From contig JALAGF010005707.1 of NCBI GenBank assembly GCA_030167865.1, positions 1-52,712 of the forward strand: 52,712 nucleotides of DNA, written 5' to 3'. Shown here one piece after another: positions 33,228-45,055 of the stretch. Positions within the stretch are counted from its first letter, which is position 1; each line of letters starts with the position of its first letter. Source of the DNA: Craspedostauros australis. Taxonomy: Eukaryota. The translations under genes were made by a program, and so were the position numbers. The notes under the pieces are model-generated. The model made no database searches. It had not been told where the DNA came from and was given only the letters and a program-made list of their open reading frames with translations.

Positions 33228-34691
33228 TCATATGGTTGTTTCCGCAGTCTGTTCGGTGCCGATCGTCTTCTCGCAGGAGAGGTTCCTGTCTGCTTTGCAA
33301 CCGCGCACCGACGTCTTGCACAGGCGACGGGCGCGCAGCCGTTCCATGAGCCTGCGGCTCTGCTTCGTATCCTCACTCTCCGTCTTGCTCCCGTCCTGTT
33401 TGTTGTTCACGTCCTTGGCCGAATCTGACGAATCACGGGTATCGTCGGAACGTTGCTGCTTGAGGATCCTGCTTGACAGCCTCATGGAGAGCATCTTGAC
33501 TGGGTTGATTTTGCGTCTGCCGCTCCTGGTGGGCGAGACTTGGGCTGGTGGCGACGGTGTGGCAGGAACGAGTTCCTTCTTCGCCTTGCGCGATGGAGAG
33601 CACGAGCCCGGTTTGGCGACGCGGCAGCGATCAGGCGTCTGCTGGCGATGTTGCTGCTGCTGACGGTTCCGCTTTGGTCGGTACGTGTCCTTTCTCTGCT
33701 TCGTTGCACCCTCTCGTTCATGCCGAGACGTGCTCCTCTTGACATCATCATCGTCATCATCATCGTCATTATCTTCGTCAAGACCGTCGTGGACTGGCTT
33801 GGGATCATCCTCCGGGTCGCTCGCGATGGTGATGAATGCAGGTGGGCCGCTCTGCAACTGCATGGCGGCTTCGAGCCGCTGCTTCAGCAACCTGTTCTGG
33901 ATGGTCAAGGCCTTCATCTGCAGGGCGCGCTGGCTACCGAAGTTGCCCAGCTGACCATCGAGCGAGGCCAGGCGGAACATCGTCTCCATGATGTCGCGCT
34001 CGCCGAGGTAGGAGCCAAGCAACATGGTGGACTTGATTTCGAGGGAGTAGGCCAGCATCTTCCGGGCATGCTCGATGTTCGCGGTGCATGAGATGGCGGC
34101 CTGCCGCTCCACCAAGATGTCCATCATGCAGGTGGCTCGCATGAAGTACATTCTGGCGGAGTCGCGTTCGCGCAGCTTCCAGTACACCTCGCCAATCTGG
34201 CACAGCGCGTTCATGATGGCCTCGTTGTGTGGCTCGTCCGTGGACATGGCCTCCATCTGCTCGAGGTTCTGCACGAACTGGGTCAACGCGGCTCTGAGAG
34301 CGTCGACGTACTGCTGGTTGGGAGCATCTTCGAGCTGCGCTTCTTCGTGGGATGCGCCGAAGCTGTCATCGCCCTGATCGAAGTCGATCTCGCGGTCGTC
34401 GCCAAAGCTGTTGAAGCCCATGTCGGACATGCAGTTCGACAGGCAGGCTGAGTTGTTGTCGTCATTGGACGCGGAGGCCGGCACGGCATGGCCCTCTTTG
34501 AAGCTGATGGATGCGATTGGTGGTGCCTGGTGCAGTGGTTGCTGCGGACGCATTGGATATGATGATGCGCGTGATACATGTGATACATACGTCGCAGGCG
34601 TTGCATGGACTGCGTCTGTTGGTTGTGGTGTATACTTGCATGTTGCAATCGATCGCTGGTGGTGCAATGGTTGGATGTTCATTGTCTCCAT
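33228..34691 (-). CDS. TPR-like helical-repeat protein with disordered termini, ~487 aa
   Basis: Likely ATG at 34691 (METMN; the ORF track start at 34901 is GTG). TPR-like segments: IMNALCQIGEVYWKLRERDSARMYFMRA, ARKMLAYSLEIK and IMETMFRLASLDGQLGNFGSQRALQMKALTIQ. Confidence 0.75.
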   Translation of the reverse strand: METMNIQPLHHQRSIATCKYTPQPTDAVHATPATYVSHVSRASSYPMRPQQPLHQAPPIASISFKEGHAVPASASNDDNNSACLSNCMSDMGFNSFGDDREIDFDQGDDSFGASHEEAQLEDAPNQQYVDALRAALTQFVQNLEQMEAMSTDEPHNEAIMNALCQIGEVYWKLRERDSARMYFMRATCMMDILVERQAAISCTANIEHARKMLAYSLEIKSTMLLGSYLGERDIMETMFRLASLDGQLGNFGSQRALQMKALTIQNRLLKQRLEAAMQLQSGPPAFITIASDPEDDPKPVHDGLDEDNDDDDDDDDVKRSTSRHEREGATKQRKDTYRPKRNRQQQQHRQQTPDRCRVAKPGSCSPSRKAKKELVPATPSPPAQVSPTRSGRRKINPVKMLSMRLSSRILKQQRSDDTRDSSDSAKDVNNKQDGSKTESEDTKQSRRLMERLRARRLCKTSVRGCKADRNLSCEKTIGTEQTAETTI

Positions 34692-37666
34692 CTTTGCTGT
34701 GACTGTTCCGGTATGATTGTGAGCTTTTGTATGATTGCGTCGATGAATGCGTTGATGGATGCGTTTGGCGCTGGGTGGCGTGTTGCTTTGTTTTTTATGA
34801 GGCTGGAAATGGCGGCATTGTCGGAGTAGCCTTTGGGCTGTCTGCACAACCTCCAACAACAGCGAGGCACCAAAACACAACGAAGGGCACACCAGCATCA
34901 CGCTCCCAGAATTTCGTCGCTTGTGTGGTGACGCTCAGTTCGTGGCGTGTGCCGGTTGTGCGTTTTGGATTTTCGATTTGCGACACGGAATTGCACGTTG
35001 TCGCGATCACATGCTTTCTGACATCGGGGAATAACGTTTGTTCTATTGCAAAATGTGATGTCGCAACCAGTGATTGCGTTGCATTTCGAAATCTCGTTGG
35101 GCACGATGGGAAGAATTGTGAGGGCACTGTTGAAGCTGACTCGCGCTTCGATAGTGTCATGAACGGATGGAAAGATGCACCACCTCCTCAACGATCGGTA
35201 CTTTTGCATGAAGCGAAGTTGTGCATTTTCCGAATACCGACACTGAGGAGTTTCAGTCACCTGACATGAGACAAATTGGTGTTCCGTGACTCGTTCGCCG
35301 GAAGGAAGACCGAGAAAGTACAACTGAGCGCGGTGAGGCCTTCCACAACATCGCCCTGCGAAACAATCCACGCTGTGCTGTTGGTGATCTTCTTTTCTAG
35401 TCACACACAGCCACGGAAACATTGCACGCATCGCAAATGGCGAAACTGAAGTGTACAACGAGAACGACCACGAGCACGATCCACACGTAGGTACCTTGTG
35501 TGATTTTGATGCTTTTCTCGTCACAATTTTGGCCACGACAGAGATGATCTTCGCTTCTCACACCCCATGGTGGCTCTGGGGTCGAAGCCGTGACAGGTGT
35601 GGACGAAGACGAAGTTCATGCAAGGTGCCTGTTTGTGCCTAGTATCCAAGACGTTACTCTGTTCTACTCTCTCTCCAGGTTGGACCCCATTCTAGTGTGC
35701 ATACGAGCACATGAGTGAACAAAAGCAGAAGACGGATGCCGTTCCTTGAAAGAGGAGTCTCTGCTGCTCTACACTCCAAATGGTATTGTGTGGAGGGAGC
35801 ATTGCACGAGGTAAACGCGAGAAGGGCACGAGTATGTGGGTACGTATATCAGGTCGTGGAGCTTGATCAGACCCAGAAGTAAGAGGAGATGGCGGCTGTT
35901 CCTCGAGAAACACTAACGTTGGCGGCAACAACAAGGAGAGAGAGAGAGAGTGAAGACGTCGACGACTTGTGCTGCTTCGTTCTTGTCCTGTATTTGTTGT
36001 CGCCCCATACAACCCGAAGATGTATTATGATGCAAAGACCTAGAGCTCGCATCGTATCCCCGCGGACAGGCTTCAGAACGAAGTCGCTTGACATGCAGCG
36101 GCTTCTGTTCCAGGAGCACGTGAAGTAGTATACAGAGTATAATACGATCTACGATCTTATCTACCTTTGCTGCAGCTGGCAGTACGAATAGAGTGAAGCA
36201 GATACAATAGCCTGCGAGTGCGCCAAAAGAAGTTTGCCTCATCAGACAAGCCACAGGTATCGCCAACAACAGCACAAGATGACCGCGCCTTGCTATTGGC
36301 ATTGCCACTGCCACCGTCACCTTGCTGCTCGATTGATGGCGACAACCGAGCATCGAACAAGCAAGCCCTTTTGTGATTGGAGTAGCGGAAGCGGATGATT
36401 GTGCTAAGCTCGTACGAGGAGCTACTCGTCCAGTGGACATGAAATCAGCACTGACACAACAAAACTGTCCCAGGTCGTACTCCACCCTATTCTCAGAGAT
36501 CGAGATTGCTTGGACATTCCATGCCATTCGTCAAGACGGCGAAACAGTCAGACACCATCGTGATTACGTACGACTATGACCCGCAACTTCCGCGACACCC
36601 ACTCCTGTGCACATCGACGAAAAGGTCTCATGTTGCTCAACCACGCAAGTCAAAGAATTACGATCTGTGTGTCGGGAAATCCAACATGCTCCGACGGCGA
36701 CAAGGCAGATGTGCGGGAGAAATGAACGCACCAAGTGACTGTTTTGCTGTAACGAAAACGCCGGAAATGATGTGTCTGGTACATGAATTACGAGTACACT
36801 TATCGCCACAACAGCGTTGGTATCTTTTTGATCGGAATTTCTCCATAAGAACCACATCGCAGCAAGTAGATCCACCATCACCCGGCGCGGATGAAAGTTG
36901 GGACATGCCTACCGGGCTGGTATGATTGTATTCTCACGACCACACCCATGGCAACGATGCGGGCGATGTGATGGCATTGCACCGCCAAATATAATTATAC
37001 ATGCCTACTGTCCGATGCAATACAATTTTTAGAAATCCTCCACTCTCCGACCTGTAATACTCCGCACATGTAACTGTGTCCAGACACTCCACGGGAGAGT
37101 GAAGCGGAGCACTCTCCGCGTTGTGCAGGTACTGCTCGGGGAGTTGCGATGCAACTTCAAGGATGTTGCCACTGAAGACTGCCGGAGCGGACGAGACGTG
37201 GACAGAGCAGCAGCCGTACTACTACTCGACGAACTTCTAGTTCGAACAGGAGGAGTCTCTCTGCCGCGGCTCGGACTCTTTCTCTGTGCTCGAAGATACG
37301 TTTGCCCGTCACCCCAACTACTCGCGCGGTGTGAGCCCCTCTACCAGCCCAACTTGGCGCGAACGTCATGAAAGATCGAAAGATACTGACTTAGTCTCGT
37401 TTTGATGGCATGGATTTGCCACCGCCACACATCGTCTGTTTCTGCCAAAACGACGAAACAAGAAGAGAAGATCCAACACCAGAAAGCGATAACACAGTCT
37501 CACGAATGCACCATACACCATACCAGAGCCAAGAGAGTCAAAGTCAAGCCGAGCCAAGTCAACCGGAGGCCAACGGAGCTCTATTGGGCCGCTTTGGATC
37601 GGATCAGATCAGACCAGATCAGATTAGATCGGGTCAGATCGGCGCTGACATCAAGGAGGTTCAAGC

Positions 37667-39442
37667 ATGGGGATGAGAAAGAAGAAGAAGACTCCTACCA
37701 GGAGGCGGACCACCGGAGGTAACAGCAAGAGGCAACAGAGCGCGAACTCAAGCCAGACCACCGGTACAAGCAGCATCGAGACGTATGCCAATGCCATCAA
37801 CGCGCTCGGTCGTTGCATCCAGCACTATGTTTGCGATAGCCGCAGACACGTGGTGCTGCTGATCGATTCCAACAACGTGCGTGGTGCCGACCACTTCAAA
37901 TGGACGAACGAGGACCTGCTCCAAAAGATCACAGACATCAAGAACAGCAGGCCCATGTTCCAATCCAATCTGCACCCTGTGTTCATGATGGATCATGGCA
38001 GACAAGCGCAGGCATTCTGCAACCCATCCGCAGCCTTCATCTTCGCTGGTCTTCACCGGACGGCCGATGACACCATCGTCCAAACATCGCGATGGTTCCT
38101 GGGGCAGGATCTGGTCAAGAGCAAAGATGTCACCGTCGTCGTCGTCACCGCAGATGGGGAGCTCCGCTTGCGCTGCCGCCGTCAAGGTGTCCAGCTCATC
38201 TTTTCGTCCAGAGAGTTTGTGGATTGGATCAAGCACTACATCACAGTGTTAACGATACATGGCGCCGGCAAGGGACGCCAAGTTCCCGCGGGCGATGCAA
38301 TCCAGAACAACGCCGAACCTGCCACCAACGACAACCACACTGAAAGCGTACATGAGGCGACAGATTCACAAACGCTGTCCGCTGTGATGCGCAGCGTTGG
38401 CAACGTGGAATATGACCTGCGGCAGTTTGATTATCTGCAGCCACCGTGGAGATCACCTCACGAAAAGGAGAGCGCTATGAAGCAGGTGCCCTGGGAATCG
38501 GTTGCGTTTGAGAGCGACTATTCACCACCCTCCACCACGGTTCCACGGGCATTTCCGGAGCTGACATGGCATCGCATTGTCGTTGCGGAATGCCTTCGCT
38601 GCGTGCTGTCGAGTCGCTTTCAGCAGCAGCCACCATCGCAACATGCCGCTACTGCAGTCGGCACAGACAAAAATGCCAATGTGGATGCGGATGTAACTGA
38701 AACCATGAGCACAAACACAAACACAAGAGCTCACGCCGACGTCAGAACAGCAACATGCGCTGGACTCATCGCAGAGTATTGTCAAAAGGTCAGCAGCAAC
38801 ATCCACCGGCCCAAGAGTGATACGGATAGTCTATGTTTCGACCATCGCATCCGATCTCACGGCAGCATGCAGCGGCAGCTCATCAACTACATCATCCAAT
38901 CCATTGGAAATCCACCCACGTTAACATCAGCAACAGCAACAGGAGCAGGAACGAACATAGCCGAAGCCACCCGCGACATACATCCAGAGCTGACCGAGCC
39001 CATCCGCAGACCGATTCATGATGCCGCAGCATACATCCGTCACTTGATACAGTCAACGCCGCAGCTGAGCCGGCATGAAATACTCGAGCTCTACATGAAA
39101 TCGGGCCCGCCCCACATCAAGTTCGAGCGCAAGAAAACCCTGGAGGAGTTGTTCAACGCAAACGTGATCCGACACGCGAATCCTGGCCAAGCCTCGAAGC
39201 AGGAAAGGCAGGCAAGACAGGAAGGGCACCACTGGGAACTCCGACCAAGCCCGTGCATCATCGACGTGTATGTGTTCGCTCGGAGAACGAGGCGAGCTGA
39301 AAGGATGGAATTGATCAACGGCACCTTCGAGCTTCCTGTGCAACTGCCTCTCACGGATGAGGCCCTCGATGATGCATCGAGCGTGGAAAAGACATGGATG
39401 GATTGTCTCACCGAGGCGCATTCAAATGCTTTTGAGTCCTAG
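37667..39442 (+). CDS. NYN/PIN-fold ribonuclease-domain protein (YacP/Rae1-like), 591 aa
   Basis: Acidic active-site motifs in the expected order: LLIDSNNV, FMMDHG, RTADDTIV and VVVVTADGELRLRCRRQG...SSREF. Basic N-terminus (RKKKKTPTRRR) and a long unknown C-terminal region. Confidence 0.8.
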   Translation: MGMRKKKKTPTRRRTTGGNSKRQQSANSSQTTGTSSIETYANAINALGRCIQHYVCDSRRHVVLLIDSNNVRGADHFKWTNEDLLQKITDIKNSRPMFQSNLHPVFMMDHGRQAQAFCNPSAAFIFAGLHRTADDTIVQTSRWFLGQDLVKSKDVTVVVVTADGELRLRCRRQGVQLIFSSREFVDWIKHYITVLTIHGAGKGRQVPAGDAIQNNAEPATNDNHTESVHEATDSQTLSAVMRSVGNVEYDLRQFDYLQPPWRSPHEKESAMKQVPWESVAFESDYSPPSTTVPRAFPELTWHRIVVAECLRCVLSSRFQQQPPSQHAATAVGTDKNANVDADVTETMSTNTNTRAHADVRTATCAGLIAEYCQKVSSNIHRPKSDTDSLCFDHRIRSHGSMQRQLINYIIQSIGNPPTLTSATATGAGTNIAEATRDIHPELTEPIRRPIHDAAAYIRHLIQSTPQLSRHEILELYMKSGPPHIKFERKKTLEELFNANVIRHANPGQASKQERQARQEGHHWELRPSPCIIDVYVFARRTRRAERMELINGTFELPVQLPLTDEALDDASSVEKTWMDCLTEAHSNAFES

Positions 39443-40575
39443 GGCTCGTACGTAGTCGAGTCAATCGCACCGATCTTCTACCTGCAAGTACTTCTGGAAA
39501 CAGCAACACGCGGTAGCTCACAAGTACAAGTCGACATGTGGCTGGCGTGCCAGACTAACATGGAGACAAAGATAACTATGCCCACCTAGGGAGGAAGTGC
39601 AATGTCAACGCAGGATCAAATGCAATAGTGATGACCTTGTGACTGCGTGCCGCCATCTTTAATTGACGTTACGATGGCTTCACTTTGGCCACATGCAACG
39701 TGACCAAGGAAACAGGTGTTGAGCCACCGTGAAGCCTTCAACTCCAAAGCGATGCCGTATTGCTCGATCGTGGAGCAGGGGGGCATTCTGGCTGTTTACG
39801 ATCAACAGCACTCTGCGCCTTCAACTCTGCACCTTCAACTCTGCTTGAACCTACGCTCCGAGTACAACGGCTGGTCATCAATCACAAACGCCAGGCAATG
39901 CACCACATGGGCAATCGCCACGCATGCATGTGCCTCCCCAAACCGACTTTCCTCCTTCCTTCCTGGCTGCACACATCTTCTTCTCTCTTCTCGCGACGTG
40001 TAGTCGTACCCACAGACTCTCCGTCATGAATGTCTCCCATGGGGTCGCATGTTGAAATGCTATGGATAGCAGTGCAGAGGCTAACGCCTATGACTAACTA
40101 CTCACCGAACTTTATGTCTGGCACTATGTCCGCTAGTTAAACGGCGAAGTCGAACTTGTCAATTTCACGGGACACAATGGAATCACGTGATGTGCGCGAA
40201 TGGAAGGCTACGGTAAAATTGCATTTTTATGATGATAGTTCGATGCCCGTTTGGGGGATGCTCCTTGCTTTGATTTCCCAACTACGTGATAGTAAGTCCC
40301 GGATTGGCTGTGTACGCGAATTGCTTTCTCAACAGTCTAACATGCCAATCCAGAATAAAGGCGAGAATGTCGTGTCGACAGATGACCAGCCGTACTTCCA
40401 TCTTCCACTCATCTGTCCCGTCCTGCTCTATTCTGCTGCAGTCTGCTCTGTCCAACTTCACTTGTCACCCACAAGTCCTCTATTGATTCTCATTCTGCAG
40501 GAGTAAACATAGTGGTGATACATCCCCATGAAGGCAACACCATTCCTTGCCTACACAAAAACACGCACACACACA

Positions 40576-40576
<1 letters not shown>

Positions 40577-40614
<38 letters not shown>
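40577..40614 (+). repeat. Compound (TC)n(TA)n microsatellite just downstream of the STAND gene
   Basis: Read directly from the sequence. Confidence 0.9.
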
Positions 40615-40660
40615 ACTAATTTACAATATGTATGGGGCACTGGATTTAATGCCTGTATGT

Positions 40661-43600
40661 TTACTCGTGTAGCAAAAGATCGACCTTTGCATCAGCTCCC
40701 CAGGACTTGTACAAACGGATGCATTCATCGCGCTTCTCCTTCGCTTGCATGGCATCACCTTGGCGAGCGCAAAAAATGGAGAACCGTTCAGTCGCCAACG
40801 CTTCGTCCTGGACGAGCCCACGCTTTTGGGCGAGCTGGATGGATGCTCGGTATTGCTTTTCGGCATCATGGCAACGTCCTCTCAGGAAGCTGTCTTCTGC
40901 GTCGAGCAGCGCGATGTGATGAGGGTAGTTGGGGCATCCCTTCCTGTTCCATTCCTTCAATTTCTTCAGGCACCTTCTGGCGGTTTTTAGGTACTTGTAA
41001 TCTCTCACGGCCCCTCCGCTTGTATGAGCCACGGCAAAACAGCAAAGCGCCCCATGAAAGAAGCAGACGGGGAGCTGGAAGCTTGATGGGAGCGTCTTCA
41101 CAAGGCCAAGGCCGAGCGCGGTCATCAGACTTGCGCCTGTCTCGTATTCACCAAAGAACGATGAAAGGAGTATCTTGTTGATGTCGCGGATTGTATCGTG
41201 CATCGGTTTGGCTGCGTGATCCAATTCGTAGACCTTGGTCGTCTCGTCACATGCGTCGCCAATCAACTGGGTGGTGCGACCGTTGTTGTCGCCGCGGAGG
41301 TTGAGCACGGCTTGCCAGACCATTAGCGTGAGTTCGTACAGCGCGGATTGCTGGAAGTCGAGCATGACCTTCGTCGATGTCGATAACTCGGCATCCAGCA
41401 CCTCCAGCGATTTTCCGCTGTAGAAGGAGATGACAAGATTTGTGCACAAACTCCAAAGACCCGCTTCGACATCACCCGTTGCCATCCCGAGGCGATACGC
41501 CTCCAAGGAAGGGTCGATGGCGTCCTCCAATGGGTACTTCCAATGGTGGATGTGGGCGTAGACGTACATCAGAGTCCGGCTGTCAACGCTGCGATCGTCG
41601 GACGCCTCCAGCACGTCGAGCGCCATCTGCCGGCATTTGTGCCCAGCCTCGAAGTCACCCATGACGAAGCCCAGACTGATGCCCTGAAAGGCAAGTGCCG
41701 GTGCTGCGTAGGCGGTGAAGCCTTGAGACAAGCTTCGCTTCAGCGTTTTGAAGATCACAGGCATGATCAGGTCTGGTTCGGTGAGGTAGGAGGCGAGGCC
41801 GAGCTTGTCCAGGGTCTTCATAACGGCCACGTGGCGCTCGTCGTCGGAAAAGCACAGGCCATCCTTGATGTCTTGCTCCAGTCTGTTGGTTGTGCGTTTC
41901 GCAACCACCATGCCTTTCAGAACGTACATGATGCGGCCAAAGCTGGATTTGGGCAAGTTGCAACCCAGCTGAGATAGCAAGCTCAAGCATATCTCACTCG
42001 GGGTGTGGGATGGGCCATTGGTGGTGTCGATGGTATCGTCCGATACCGCCTTCTGATGCTGCTGCTGCTGCCGCTTCTGTGACCGATCCTGCACTTGCTT
42101 GTCCGGGGCGTTCGCAATTCCCACATCGATGAGGACGTGATAGGCTCGCACCTTGTGTAAGATATCGCAATCCAGCTTGATGACGGCGGAGCAGTAGGCC
42201 CGAGCCTTCGCGAAGTCTGACACGACGAAGCAACTTTCGGCAGCCGAAGAGTACAGGTCCAGGCTCTGCTTGAATGCTGACTTCCAGTGGTCGTCCGGAA
42301 GCAGGTTGATGGCGGCAACGAAGTACATCGAGGCCAGGTGGAAAGCCGAGGAGCTTGCAGCTTGAATCCCCGCTCTGTGATTGAGCATGACGATCTTCAT
42401 GCGACGATCAATCTTATGATGGTTGGGCATGAGGTCGGGCCTTGTGTTGATGAGGTTGGCAACGAGGAAAGTCTTATCTTGCAGCTCGCCGTCTGACATT
42501 CCGTACAGGAGGATCTCGCCAACTCGATATCTGAGCTCGGACAGCTGATCCTGCGTTGGGATCAACATCAACGAGGCCTCCTGGATGTTGTCATGGACGA
42601 AGCAGTATTGCCGCTCCATGCCGTGGTGTTTCCGGGAGTCATTGTTGTTGTTGATCGCACCTTCACCTGCATGTACAACACTTCCATTCGCATCGGCACG
42701 AGCATACGGAGCGTCTTTCTGTTGGCGTTCGATGGACACAAACGACCTGTTGGATAATCTTTTGCGGGGACCGAAGCGGGCAGGCTGGATCAACCCCTCG
42801 CGGTGGCAGTCGCTGATCATCCTCGCTATATCCTTCTCTGAGATGAAGACATCTAGTTGAAAGATCTTGCGGAAGAACTGAGAGTGATCGGAGTGGATGG
42901 AAAGCCCTCGCATAACGACGTAGAGGTTGTGGAATGAGAAGGTCGTTCCAAGACAAGCCGCCACCGACAGCACGCGGTGGGCGGATGTCACGTACTGCAG
43001 CTTGGCCTTCATGAATCCGATGATGGTGCCGCACGTGCCCGTACTCAAGGAACAGGCATTGATGGTGTCGACGTCCCAGGACCAGGGGATCTGATCCATC
43101 GCGGTAGTGCCTGTGTTGGATGTGCACGTGATGAGGCTGTCCTTCGCGAGGGATTCCAGGTACTGCTGCATGAAGAGCACGTTACCGCCGGTCTTGTTGT
43201 GCACGACCCGCGCGAGTCCCTGGACTTCGGCTGATTGCGAGATGGCATCAATAGCGACGCTCGCATAATGCAGGGAGGATGCCGAACCAGTGAAGAGCCT
43301 CGCGAGGTAGAGAGCAACTTCATCCACGTCGAAATCGCGTATGCGCATGTCGATGATCCGGATGGACCTTTGGCGTTTGGAATCTTCCAGCGACTGCAGT
43401 GTCGCAGCCAAGGCCTGGTTCTCGTCTAGCATGTTCGAACGATAGGACCCGATGATGGTGAGCGCCGTGTTCTTGTTGTCAAGTAGCCATGACTCGAGTA
43501 GAGTGAGCGATGCGTGGTCGGCCCATTGCAGATCGTCGATAGCCATGACGACGGAGCAGTGGCTGCAAAGCAGCTGCATGAAACGGCGAAGGACGTATTT

Positions 43601-44953
43601 GAGTCGGTCTGTGTGCTTGCGGAAGCCTATCGATGAGACATCCGCGCTGCTTTGGCTGTAGATGGATGTTGAGAATGAAGCGTCGGAGGACAGGCTCGTT
43701 CCTCGTGAATGCCTGCTGATCGAATGTCGCGAGATGGGCCCGCGCAGGTTGGCCCCGAGAGCAGAGTGGATGTTGGGAATGACCTTGGAGAGGAGCCGCG
43801 TCTCGGAGGTCGTCAAACCATCGAATAGATGGGCCTGGAGCGGCGACATGTCTGGCTTGTGACGCTTCCCGAAGTTGATACCCACCTCGAACGAACTGCT
43901 GCCGCTGCTTCCGCTGTTATCGTGGTTGGTGTGGTCATGCCTGTTTGGTGGATTTCCGTTTTCATTGTTTTCTCCATCTGTGGTTGCACCTTTTGCATTC
44001 CTGGAACCCATCGATGAGGTGCTTTCAATCTGTCGGCACAGATCGATCATGGCGGATTGGATTCCTGCGTACGGCACGCCTTGCTTTCGGCTGAAGATCT
44101 CGCACTTGCCAGACACGAAGAATCCACGGAACCCGTCAGCTTTCCTCGACACGGTACCACCAGCGTGGGTACGTGCAGAATTGGTGGTGCTAGCAGGCTC
44201 GTTCGTCGAAGTAGGAGTAACGGCAGCGACGGTCGCGGCGCTATTACCACCATGGCCAGAGAGGATCTCACGCCGGAGATGCTCGATGATGGCCGATTTG
44301 CCGCTGCCGGACTGGCCGTGAATGAGGACGAGCGTCCGGGTGGGGATTTGCATTTTCGACGATGACGAATCGAGTGAGGATTCCGAAACCGACTTGACAC
44401 TCCCATCGGGACGGCCTCTGCCATGTTCATGGCCTGGTTTGTCTCGAGGTAGGCCCGCTGCAGATGAAGTTGAAGTGGAAGCCGATGACGATGTTGACGA
44501 CTCTGGCAGATTACTGGCGTTGATGCTGCCAAGGAGAGACTCACGGATCTTGGATTGTTTGCACACAGCCTTGCGCAGAATCCGGATCTCCTTCTCCCTT
44601 CCAACCAATCCGACCTTCCCAAAGGCCAGCTTGTTGCTCTTGTTGCTCTTGTTGTTCTTGTTGCGGATCTGACATGTTTCAGGAGTTTTGTCATCAATCA
44701 ACGCAGGCGGCGACGGCGGCAGAGAGCAGGAGGAGATCGATGATGATGATGACGCCGTGGACGACGCGGACGACGATGAATTGGTGGGGCTGTTGGTGGG
44801 TGTGGTGGTATCTGTGGGTGTGGATCTGGGTGAAGCCTTGGTGATCGGGGATGGAGGAGTCTCGCCGATCTCGCCCATGCCACCGTCGGCTCGTATGAGT
44901 GCTTGGCTGTTGGCACTCATGGCATCGATGTTGCGAGTTTGGTCCTGCTTCAT
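40661..44953 (-). CDS. STAND-class (AAA_16-like) P-loop NTPase with C-terminal helical/TPR-like repeats, 1430 aa
   Basis: LVGREKE, Walker A IHGQSGSGKS, SGKCE..PY, Walker B VMAIDDLQWAD, IIGSYRSN, KTGGNVLF (GxP-equivalent), LSVAACLG..F, YCFVHDNIQEA, LNHRAG..A..SSAF..A..YF and terminal LYKSWGADAKV. Confidence 0.9.
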   Translation of the reverse strand: MKQDQTRNIDAMSANSQALIRADGGMGEIGETPPSPITKASPRSTPTDTTTPTNSPTNSSSSASSTASSSSSISSCSLPPSPPALIDDKTPETCQIRNKNNKSNKSNKLAFGKVGLVGREKEIRILRKAVCKQSKIRESLLGSINASNLPESSTSSSASTSTSSAAGLPRDKPGHEHGRGRPDGSVKSVSESSLDSSSSKMQIPTRTLVLIHGQSGSGKSAIIEHLRREILSGHGGNSAATVAAVTPTSTNEPASTTNSARTHAGGTVSRKADGFRGFFVSGKCEIFSRKQGVPYAGIQSAMIDLCRQIESTSSMGSRNAKGATTDGENNENGNPPNRHDHTNHDNSGSSGSSSFEVGINFGKRHKPDMSPLQAHLFDGLTTSETRLLSKVIPNIHSALGANLRGPISRHSISRHSRGTSLSSDASFSTSIYSQSSADVSSIGFRKHTDRLKYVLRRFMQLLCSHCSVVMAIDDLQWADHASLTLLESWLLDNKNTALTIIGSYRSNMLDENQALAATLQSLEDSKRQRSIRIIDMRIRDFDVDEVALYLARLFTGSASSLHYASVAIDAISQSAEVQGLARVVHNKTGGNVLFMQQYLESLAKDSLITCTSNTGTTAMDQIPWSWDVDTINACSLSTGTCGTIIGFMKAKLQYVTSAHRVLSVAACLGTTFSFHNLYVVMRGLSIHSDHSQFFRKIFQLDVFISEKDIARMISDCHREGLIQPARFGPRKRLSNRSFVSIERQQKDAPYARADANGSVVHAGEGAINNNNDSRKHHGMERQYCFVHDNIQEASLMLIPTQDQLSELRYRVGEILLYGMSDGELQDKTFLVANLINTRPDLMPNHHKIDRRMKIVMLNHRAGIQAASSSAFHLASMYFVAAINLLPDDHWKSAFKQSLDLYSSAAESCFVVSDFAKARAYCSAVIKLDCDILHKVRAYHVLIDVGIANAPDKQVQDRSQKRQQQQHQKAVSDDTIDTTNGPSHTPSEICLSLLSQLGCNLPKSSFGRIMYVLKGMVVAKRTTNRLEQDIKDGLCFSDDERHVAVMKTLDKLGLASYLTEPDLIMPVIFKTLKRSLSQGFTAYAAPALAFQGISLGFVMGDFEAGHKCRQMALDVLEASDDRSVDSRTLMYVYAHIHHWKYPLEDAIDPSLEAYRLGMATGDVEAGLWSLCTNLVISFYSGKSLEVLDAELSTSTKVMLDFQQSALYELTLMVWQAVLNLRGDNNGRTTQLIGDACDETTKVYELDHAAKPMHDTIRDINKILLSSFFGEYETGASLMTALGLGLVKTLPSSFQLPVCFFHGALCCFAVAHTSGGAVRDYKYLKTARRCLKKLKEWNRKGCPNYPHHIALLDAEDSFLRGRCHDAEKQYRASIQLAQKRGLVQDEALATERFSIFCARQGDAMQAKEKRDECIRLYKSWGADAKVDLLLHE

Positions 44954-45055
44954 GTTGTGGGTGTTACCGATGTTGAGATTATGAGACTACCTTTGTTGTT
45001 CCGTCATCCTTGTTGTGACAACCAATCGGTTTGTCTGCACAATGCTACGATGTGA

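Noticed and set aside
35913..37400. Protein-like fragments upstream of the NYN gene
   Set aside because: Short, stop-interrupted and not assignable to any family by eye.
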